Below are positions 53,716-64,000 of a stretch of DNA of 64,000 nucleotides, piece by piece; position 1 is the first letter of the stretch; every line of letters begins with the position of its first letter. Origin of the DNA: Octopus sinensis (Eukaryota); contig NC_043011.1 in assembly GCF_006345805.1 (NCBI RefSeq), positions 35,290,464 to 35,354,463 on the forward strand, written 5' to 3'. Under the pieces are notes generated by a model. That model had not been told where the DNA came from. It did not search any database and was given only the letters and a program-made list of their open reading frames with translations. Made by a program: the position numbers and the translations under genes.

Positions 53716-54084
53716 GAGTATATATGTGTGTGTGTATATATATATATGCGTATGTATATGTGTGTGTGTGTGTTTTTACGTATGTATCTATATGAATGTA
53801 CACACACACACACACACATCGTCACATAGGCCCTTTTTGGTTCCTGTTTTTCCTTTTCTTCTTCTGTTTGACCCCTGTCTTTGTTTCGTCCTTTTGTCTT
53901 CTCGGCTCCTATGTTTCCTTTACAACGCCTAGCAACGCTTTAAGCCAACACATTCATTAATGGCTCCAAACCATTTTAAGTTTATTTTCTGACAATTGAT
54001 ATTTACAAAGCAAATATTATCTTCTTCTTATTTCCTCATTACCCACCCCTACTCCCTACACACCCCGTTTCACTCGGTGCTTAT

Positions 54085-54800
54085 CTTCCCACCACCAACA
54101 CCACCACCACCACCATCAATCACCACCACCACCACCATCAATCACCACCACCAACACCACCACCACCACCATCAATCATCACCATCATCACCACCACCAT
54201 CACCGCCACTATCATCATCACCACCACCACCACCATCACCACCACTATCACCACCACTATCATCATCACCACCACCACAACCACCACCATCACCACCACT
54301 ATCATCATCACCACCACCACCACCACCACCACCACCACCACCACCATCATCACCACCACCACCACCACCACCACCATCACCGCCACTATCATCATCACCA
54401 CCACCACTATCATCACCACCACCACCATCACCACCACCACCACCACCACCACCACCACCACTATCATCATCACCACCACCACTATCATCACCACCACCAC
54501 TATCACCACCACCGCCATCATCACCATCACCACCACCATCAATCACCATCACCATTACCACCACTACTATCATCACCACCACCACCGCCAAAATCATCCC
54601 CGCCACAACCACCGCCGCCGCCACCGCCGCAACCACCACCACTGAAACCATCACCAACAACAACACTACACGGCCACCATTGGCTACTAATACCACCTCT
54701 GCCATCAATACCACATCCGCTACCACCATTATCATCTCCACCACCACCACCACCACCACCACCACCACCATCACCATCACCACCACTACCCTGTTCACCA
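54085..54800. repeat. (CAC)n/(CAT)n compound microsatellite
   Basis: Direct reading; produces spurious Pro/Thr/Gly-rich ORFs. Confidence 0.9.
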
Positions 54801-55433
54801 TCATACTGCGTTGCATTATTTGATATTAAGGCTCGGCCTCGTCTCCCCAACCTGTGCTCTGTTTGGACTTGAACGACATGTAAGTCAGTGTTTATGTGTG
54901 TTTGTGTGTATGTGTGTGTATGTATGTATGTGTGTGTGTGAGTGTGTAACCGTGTATACAAGTGTATACACAGAAACACAGACGCACGATTACATTTATT
55001 GACGGTCCAGGGGGTAAAGTATTGTAAGTCGCTGCTAGAGAAATCGATACGGTATGTCGGACTACCATACCGAAAATTAAGGATACAACGGAGACTACGG
55101 GCCGCTGATTAATCCATGCATAATATAAGTCTATCGTTTCTTTTACTGTGAAGGTGGCGCCCTCTCACGTTTTTAGTACAGTAGCTGGTCTATGACCCAT
55201 TAAAGATGTCCCTGGCTGGGCGGTTATTATGTTTTAGCATCTATGTTATCTTGTTCAATCTTAATTGTAAATGGCGTAGGAGTGGCTGTGTGGTAAGTAG
55301 GTTACTTACCAACCACATGGTTCCGGGTTCAGTCCCACTGCGTGGCACCTTGGGCAAGTGAGTTCTATTATAGCCCCGGGCCGACCAAAGCCTTGTGAGT
55401 GGATTTGGAGACGGAAACTGAAAGAAGCCGTCG

Positions 55434-55465
<32 letters not shown>

Positions 55466-55471
55466 TATATA

Positions 55472-55502
<31 letters not shown>

Positions 55503-55523
55503 ATATTATATATATATATATGT

Positions 55524-55740
55524 ACTTTATTAAAGCAGCAGAAAATTCAACAAAACCTGTTACTTGTTTCACGTCGCCGTTCATCGGACTCTAGCAAAAA
55601 CTGGTCCGATGAACGGCACGTGAAACTCAGAGTAACAGGTTTGTCGAATTTTCTGCTGCTTTAAATAAAGCATATTACTCTACCACTGGTATTTAGTACT
55701 TTTTTTCCACCTTGTTCACATTTATGGTTTTACTCCGGTA
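55524..55740 (+). mobile_element. Fold-back cassette with a variant hammerhead core
   Basis: Arms about 55524-55589 / 55603-55669. CCGATGA-ACG gca CGT-GAAA-CTC a GAG-TA at 55606-55635. A ~70-nt tail follows; (TA)n flanks. Confidence 0.7.
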
Positions 55741-55756
55741 TATATACTATATATAT

Positions 55757-55811
<55 letters not shown>

Positions 55812-55977
55812 TGTATATAAGTATATGAAGAATGGAGTTGAACGACTAGTTAACAAATATCCTTTATTCTCGACATATGTTTCGAAGGCTGCATATCCTA
55901 ATTCCTAATGTGAATGGTACCCAGGTATCGGTTAGCTTTCGAATTATCCTAATACAGATAATTCATGTCAATTACTC

Positions 55978-56013
<36 letters not shown>

Positions 56014-56031
56014 TATATATATATATATACC

Positions 56032-56065
<34 letters not shown>

Positions 56066-56793
56066 GCCGTGTGTGTGTGTGTGTGTGTGTTTGGGTCTGT
56101 GTTTGTCCCCCCAACATCGCTTGACAATCGATGCTGGTTTGTTTACGTCCCCGTAACTTAGCGGTTCGGCAAAAGAAGCCGATGGAATAAGTACTAGGCT
56201 TACGAAGAATAAGTCGTCGGGTCGATTTTCTCGAATAAAGGCGGCTCTCCAGCATGGTCACAGCGAAATGACCGAGGGAAGTAAAAGAGAGTAAAAGAGA
56301 AACCATGGTGAGGTACAGCTGGTTGATTTAAATAGAACTACCATTCCATGTACAATAAAGGTGTCCAAAGATTAGAAGCAATGTTTGGGAACGATATATA
56401 GAAAATACTGAATGATACATTCACTGATATTGCAGAATGTCTGCAGGGTTAGATAAAAACTCGGTGTCCGAAACGGAAGAAAAACAAAAAAAATATCGAA
56501 TGAAAATGAAAGTTGATATCTGGAGGGTTTGAAATCAGGATATAAAGGTAGGTGACTAAATTTCATAATACCTTTTAATCCGACACAATAAACTTTTCTC
56601 TCAGCATGCACCCTTCCTTCCCTCAACACACACACACACACACACACATACACACACACACACAAAATATTTCAAAGTTCCGTGAGAATTATGCCGGATT
56701 TGAAATCCTTTCAGTTGGCACTTCATTGGGTTAGGAAAAATGCCAGAATGCCGATGCTGCTGCTGCTGTTGCTTCTGATAGTAGAAGACCTGC

Positions 56794-56863
<70 letters not shown>

Positions 56864-57457
56864 ACCACTGAGGCTGCAGAGATTTTCGCGCCAATATTTG
56901 TCGGATTTAGTAAGCGTTTGACAGGCTTTTTCAAAAACTGTCTTTTAGACGGAAGATTAAAGAGCTAAGAAAGAATGACTTCACAGCAAAGGTCAAAACT
57001 CTTTGGTATTTATAAATCTATAAATATCGACGTCTACAAAAGTGCGGGGTGGGGGTCATGATGTGTGTGTTTGCGCGTGCGGGCACCGGCGTGTTTATAT
57101 TCATGTAAACTTATATATCTATACCTCCTCATCATTTTCTTTCTATCTGGTTGTATGCATATATACATACATACATACGTATATACACATACATACATAA
57201 ATATACAGAGAGAGAGAGAGAGAGAGAGAGAGTGATAGAGAGGGAGATGGATAGATAGATAGATACATACATACATACGTACATACATACATACCTACAT
57301 GCATACGTACATAAATACGTACATACATATGTACACACACAAACACACACACACACACATATATATAGGTAAATAGATAGATGGATAAATAGATAGATTC
57401 ATACATACATACATACATACATACATACATGCATACATACATACATACATACATACA

Positions 57458-57491
<34 letters not shown>

Positions 57492-57599
57492 CATATAAAA
57501 TATCAGAGATAAAAATTCGTGAAAGGAATTGTATGCACAAATACACGTACACACATACATACCTTTATGCATATATACATATATACATGCGCGCACGCA

Positions 57600-57633
<34 letters not shown>

Positions 57634-57769
57634 AATGCACATCATTGCTATTATGTTAAACTGTCGTGCGTCCAAATTTGGCCAAATGCGTTTCTTATCA
57701 ATATTTAATTTTGTCTACAATAGCCGGTTCTTTTGGTCAAACTATCGTATCTCCAGCTGCTTCAGATGT

Positions 57770-58101
57770 CAAGATATGAAAATTGTCAAAGTGTTGTACA
57801 ACGGCAACCGTGGAGAATGGCGACGTACCGTAAAAGAGGGAATACAAAGGAGTGACAGAGAGAGAGAGGAGAAATGGAAAGAAAAAGAGACGTCAACAAG
57901 AGACTATGGCATTACAACCAGCCAGGAACAGTCTTCGCTACATTTGGCGGTACCTGCCAGAGGGAGTGTTTGTCCAGGATAGGACTACACAGCCACAGCA
58001 GAAGGTATCATGGCAGGACATGAAATATAAAAGCCGGACTAGACTACTTTATGCGCAACTCCATTGTCCCCGAGACAGAAAGGATGCCAACAACAACAAC
58101 A
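57770..58101 (+). mobile_element. RTE-clade LINE 3' end
   Basis: NRGEWRRTVKEG...EEKWKEK and the C-terminal finger CQRECLSRIGLHSHSRR, a short 3' UTR and a (CAA)n tail. Confidence 0.8.
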
Positions 58102-58558
58102 AGTACAACGGTTTAGCATTTTTCAAAAGTGTTAGTAAGTCCCACATACGACAGTTTTGCAAAAATATTTGACTGAAAATATCGTATATGAATGGAGTTT
58201 ATATTTTATGTACCCAACACAGTAGTATTGTTAAGCTGAGACTGTTGATAAGGTAAAGAGGATGGGAACAGTGATACTTTTGCATAATAGCAACGATATG
58301 CACACACACCACCACACACCACACACACACACACATACATATATATTATATATATATATATATATATACAAGCATGTATTCAAACCGCTACACAGCTACA
58401 AACATACGCATACACAGATGCATACATGAATACATACATACATACATACATGCATGCATACATACATACATACATACATACATACATACATACATACATA
58501 CATACATACAAGCGCATCTAAATATGCATGCGTATACGTGTACATAGTTGCAGAAATA

Positions 58559-58594
<36 letters not shown>

Positions 58595-59129
58595 GCATAT
58601 ACAACAATGTACTCCAAAATTAGCTAAATATCGGTTAGTAATCTCAGTAAAGTTGAAAAGCAAGCAAATACACCGTTCAAATCATTGCAGTTCCTTATAT
58701 TTGTATCCCCAGGATTACCTTTGCTATAGACTGCATTCCACGACGTTCTGTCATAGCATCATGCCTAATAAATAGACAATACTCTGATGATATTGTCAGA
58801 CAAGTACTTATTAAAATGCTCGTGTCGTCAGCATTAATTCTACGAAGTCTGCGTTTGTTGTCGTATCTAAATAGTTTATCTACATCTCTATCCCCTTTTC
58901 TGCATTAAGTATTTTGTTATTTTTCGTTCCTGTGCTACAAAAGGATATACTTCAAAGTGAGAACTAACATCCTGGTTGTTAATCCAAGATAATCTACTTT
59001 AACTTATGTTGCTGTCGTTTTGAAACTTTCAGATAAGACAACCATGTGTGATCTTCTGTTGATATGCATCGTGCTTTTGATCTGATTGCTTGTTGCGACA
59101 GCTTTGCAACTTCTTAAGGTGTATGATAA

Positions 59130-59675
59130 TCCTTTCTACTGTAGGCACAAGGCCGGCCCCAGTGTTTCACTGGTGCTTAATTTATCGACCCGGAAAGGAT
59201 GAATGGCAATGTCGACCTCGGCGGAATTTGAACTCAGAACATAGTGACGGGCGAAATACCTATTTCTTTACTACCCACAGGGGGATAAACACAGAGAGGA
59301 CAAACAAGGACAGACAAACCGATTAAGTCGATTATATCGACCCCAGTGCTTAACTTGTACTTATTTAATCGACCCTGAAAGGATGAAAAGCAAAGTCGAC
59401 CTCGGCGGAATTTAAACTCAGAACGTAACAGCAGACGAAATACCTATTTCTTTACTACCCACAAGGGGATAAACACAGAGAGGACAAACAAGGACAGGCA
59501 AACCGATTAAGTCGATAATATCGACCCCAGTGCATATCTTGTACTTATTTAATCGACCCCGAAAGGATAAAAAGCAAGTCGACCTCGGGGGAATTTGAAC
59601 TCAGAACGTAGCGGCAGACGAAATACTGCTAAGCATTTCGCCCGGCGTGCTAACGTTTCTGCCAGCTCGCCGCCT
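59130..59675 (-). mobile_element. SINE family B with tandemly repeated body (~3 units)
   Basis: Head at 59675 followed by repeated ~180-bp units. Confidence 0.9.
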
Positions 59676-59886
59676 TTCTTATGTTGTATGGTAATGACGC
59701 ATGGTGAAGGCGCATGGCTCAGTGGTTAAAGCGTCGAGCTTACGATCGTGAGGTTGTGAGTTCGAATCCCAGACCGGGCTGCGTGTTGTGTTCTTGAGCA
59801 AAACACTTTATTTCACGTTGCTCCAGTTAACTCAGCTGTAGAAATAATAATGACGACGATGATGATGATGATGATGATGATGATGA

Positions 59887-60040
59887 CATAGAAAAATACC
59901 TTAGGAATGAGAAACAAGGTTCGAAATTTCCCCCAAGACACCTGATGAAGGCTTGGAGGGTATATCAACCGAAACGTTGACTTAACAACAAATAAGAAGA
60001 GGTCAAATATCCATCAAATGTAAATAATGTAAATAATGTA
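59887..60040 (+). mobile_element. Penelope-like pLTR remnant with hammerhead core
   Basis: acacCTGATGA-A-GG cttg...caa CC-GAAAC-GTT at 59938-59980 and tail aatgtaaataatgtaaataatgta. A similar tail is reversed at ~37415-37450. Confidence 0.7.
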
Positions 60041-60659
60041 TTTCAAAGCTCCTATACCGTTATTTGGCTTCCATATGTTATACTACAATAGGATATTTTC
60101 CTGGGGTGGATCCACATGTGGAACACCTCTATGCATAAGATGAATATAGGAATAGTATAACAGAAGGATGAAAGATACCAGACTTTAATAGTATATCACA
60201 ACATATGTTTCTGCACCCCACACCAGCTTTAGGTGTTGAGTTTATTTTCATATACCAATATACAAGATCGTTATTTATAATTACTATACAGTTCAATATT
60301 TTTCAGCAATAACCGTGGGTGCGCTCACAAACGGGTGGAATATCATTGAGCACAGTTGTTGGTTAAAGATATTCGACTATAAGGAATTACATAGAATGAA
60401 CTTCTATAATGGTATATAAATAGAAACTCAGTAATTTAAAACTGGTGTATGGTGCATTGAAGCCTCATATCATCTATTTTCGTGTTATATTATTTATATA
60501 GATATTTATATGTGTGCGCATATATATATATATACATTTACACATATATATATATATATATATACACATATATATATATGCTTATATATATACATATACA
60601 TATATAAGTATGCATATATATATATACATATACATATATATGTATGTATATATATGCAT

Positions 60660-61138
60660 ATATAATTCATAAATGAGGGTGAAAAATTTGTTATTAATTT
60701 AATAATACCATCAATTTAACACCAAGTGGATTAGCACATAAAAAACCAGGGATACAATCCCAATTTATACATAAATATAAGAGAGCGACCACTATGTGGT
60801 CTACTCTAGTGCTAAAAATAGATCCGCTATGGAATAGCCACTAAAAAATTGTCTCCGTGTAGAAATACCACAACATATAACGTGGCGATTTAATAAATTG
60901 TATTATAGACAAATGCCTGCTGATGATTTATAGATGTTATGTAAGTAAAATTACATTTACGTTAATAATGAAACAATTGTTCAGGGTTAATCTATTTTTT
61001 CGTTATTTTTTATTTGCCCCAAGTTAAATGTTGTGGTATTTCTACTCGGAGACAATTTTTTAGTGGCTATTCCGTAGCGGATCTATTTTTAGCACTAGAG
61101 TAGACCACATAGTGGTCGCTCTCTTATATTTATGTATA
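60660..61138 (-). mobile_element. Fold-back cassette (~120-bp arms 60766-60885 / 61013-61138) plus tail
   Basis: tatacataaatataagagagcgaccactatgtggtctactctagtgc... is present in inverted orientation; (TA)n flanks. Confidence 0.75.
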
Positions 61139-61328
61139 TGCATATATATATATATTCATATATACAAACATTCATATATGTATAACATACATATATATGT
61201 ATATGTATATATATGTATATATGTATATATACATTTATGTGTGTGTGTGGTGTGTGTGTGTGTGTGTGTGTGTGTATACACAATGCATACTTATGAATTT
61301 AATTTTGAAAACAATATCTGCTACTCAC

Positions 61329-61713
61329 TATAAATTCCATACTGGTGTCACTGTTTGGTCTTTAAATGTTACCATTCCTTTGTTGTATTCCGATTTGATG
61401 TTTTCAATTTCTTTGTAAACGAATTGTGTCGGCGAAGAATCTTGCAAGTTCTCTGTGATCAGACGTGCTACATCCGTTTCTACAGAATGACGCTGATCTT
61501 TCAGTTTCAGTAATTCTTTGTTCCATGCCAGTTGATGCTGTCGATTCGTGTTGACTTCCTTGGTCTGAAGGTTCTTGTGTTTCAAACGTTGCATGTGGAT
61601 GAGGGAACCGTTTGCGGCGAGTTTCTTTTCCAGAACATCTGACAGCAATTCGTCGTAATTTACGGCACCGTATTTGTTGCTTCCTAAACCTGATACCATT
61701 CTGGTAATCAAAC
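61329..61713 (-). CDS. CCDC148: CCDC148-like coding exon (most 5' exon found; internal, with an acceptor)
   Basis: Acceptor ttttaaccag|G and donor TA|gtgagt. Encodes RMVSGLGSNKYGAVNYDELL...QHQLAWNKE...VTPVWNL, resembling the remembered CCDC148 N-terminus (KYKPVDYQQL...QHKQVWWQE...INPIQQL). Length 385 nt, phase fits the next exon. Confidence 0.85.
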
Positions 61714-61809
61714 CTGGTTAAAAGACATTGTATATATATATATCAACTCGTGCGTTCCTTTTCAACCTTCTACATATATATATATTATATATATATAATT
61801 ATATATATA

Positions 61810-62341
<532 letters not shown>

Positions 62342-62949
62342 TCACACACACACACGTGTGTGTGTGTATAGTTTATATTTTGGAGACAGGTGTCAATGTA
62401 TATAGAAACACTTCGATGTGCTCAAGAGAGTAAAACTTCAGCCGTTATATAAGTAAAGCAACGACAAAACAAGCTAGGTACGTCTATTAACACAAATAAG
62501 ATACATCTAATTGAAAAGAAAAATGTAAATGTGTGTGAATATTAAGAATACATAGTCCAACTACATAGCAAAAATCTCTACCTATCTTATCCCAAATAAG
62601 ATAGGTAGAGTTTTAAGAGTCCTACTGCCATTTCGGGTGGGGTGGGGGCTTTGTGGTCCTGGCGTATGACAAATATTAGGATCCATTATTGGATAACACC
62701 GCCTCCTTCTTCAAGGGAAATCTTTTTCTATTAAAACATTTTACATTTGAAATGATGGCATGAACCTCTCCGCCAAGTCACCTGAAACGGCCGTAGGACA
62801 TTTAAAACTCAACCTATTTTATTCATGATATCTTTTTTTTATTTAATCTGCCTTATGTATTCTTAATATCCACAAACATTTACATTTTTCTTTTCGATTA
62901 AATGTATCTTTATGTGTAAATAGACGTACAGAGCTTGCTTGTCCTTGCT

Positions 62950-63809
62950 TAGGAGTGGCTGCGTAGTAAGTAGCATGCTTATCAACCACATGGTTCCGGG
63001 TTCAGTCCCACTGCGTGGTACTGTGGGCAGGTGACTTCTACTATAGCCTCGGGCCGACCAAAGCCTTGAGTGGATTTGTTAGAGGGAAACTGAAAGAATC
63101 CCGTCGTATATATATATATATATGCGTGTGTGTGTGTGTGTGTGTGGTGTGTGTGTGTGTGTGTGTCTGTGTTTGTCCTCCGACATCACTTAACAACTGA
63201 TGCTTGTGTGTTTACATCCCAGTAAACTTGGCGGTTCGGCAAGCAGACCGATAGAATAAGTACTAGTCTTACAAAGAATAAGTCCTAGGGTTGATTTGCT
63301 CGACTAAAGGTGGTGCTCCAGCATGGCCGCAGTCAAACGACTGAAACAATTAAAAAATAAAGGAGTAAAAGAAAATGAATAAAGGAATATATATATATAT
63401 ATGCGCAGGTGTGGCTGTGTGGTAAGTAGCTTGCTTACCAACCATATGGTTCCGGGTTCAGTCCCACTGCGTGGCATCTTGGGCAAATGTCTTCTACTAT
63501 AGCCTCGGGTCGACCAAAGCCTTGTGAGTGGATTTGGTAGACGGAAACTGAAAGAAGCCCGTCGTATATATGTATATATATATATGTGTGTGTGTGTGTT
63601 TGTTTGTCTGTGTTTGTCCCCCTAGCATTGCTTGACAACCGATGCTGGTGTGTTTATGTCCCCGTTACTTAGCGGTTCGGCAAAAGAGACCGATAGGATA
63701 AGTACTGGGCTTACAAAAAGAATAAGTCCCGGGGTCGAGTTGCTCGATTAAAGGCGGTGCTCCAGCATGGCCGCAGTCAAATGACTGAAACAAGTAAAAG
63801 AGTAAAGAG

Positions 63810-63810
<1 letters not shown>
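62950..63810 (+). mobile_element. Two head-to-tail SINE family A copies
   Basis: Copies at 62950-63370 and 63402-63810. Confidence 0.9.
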
Positions 63811-63840
<30 letters not shown>

Positions 63841-63842
<2 letters not shown>

Positions 63843-64000
63843 CCGGTCATCCCATAAGTTCTGGCCGAAATTTGAATAAAGATAACAAGTGATCAAATCT
63901 TATATTTAATTGAAATTTAATTATCAATTTACTTACTCTGATTATCTATGACTTCCTTCCATCTGTTTACAAGCTTTTTAATCCCATCAATGTAAAACTC
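63841..64000 (-). mobile_element. Mariner 3' end with TIR (runs off the window)
   Basis: TA|tccggtcatcccataagttc, a reverse match to 42120-42279. Confidence 0.85.

Noticed and set aside
53996-54823. 275-aa extensin-like proline-rich ORF
   Set aside because: Translation of a (CAC)n/(CAT)n microsatellite; open in several frames on both strands.
56755-56865. (CTG)n tract as a polyQ/polyA coding exon
   Set aside because: No convincing splice sites or phase fit with the CCDC148 exon chain, which already joins without it.
58680-59110. Possible LINE RT fragment (NADDT motif, minus strand)
   Set aside because: Only one short motif amid stops; not enough to assign.

Overview
Repeat-dense eukaryotic DNA. 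The mix of (TA)n/(CA)n/(TAA)n/(GATA)n microsatellites, tRNA-headed SINE families, mariner elements and Penelope-like remnants points to an octopus (coleoid cephalopod) genome; this is inference from remembered repeat families, not a database hit. The only well-supported host gene is a minus-strand CCDC148 homologue. Eight phase-consistent GT-AG coding exons (about 500 codons) run from 61713 to 18044; its first and last exons were not located. A possible first exon of a second minus-strand gene, next to an RFX X-box-like motif, lies at 6206-6357. The rest is transposon debris: a full-length frameshifted mariner, deleted mariners, a DD41D Tc1/mariner fragment, hAT and Tc1-type MITEs, a foldback (MULE-like) element, a Helentron-type non-autonomous element, R4/Dong-like and RTE LINE fragments, and dozens of SINEs. 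Three signals stand out. (1) A recurrent intronic cassette of microsatellite, long fold-back hairpin, unpaired tail and microsatellite. (2) At least eight minimal hammerhead-ribozyme-like cores, some with very long helix II inserts and some on both strands of one hairpin. (3) A U6 snRNA-polyA-SINE chimeric retrocopy with a 15-bp target-site duplication. Nearly all entries in the ORF track are microsatellite or repeat artefacts.
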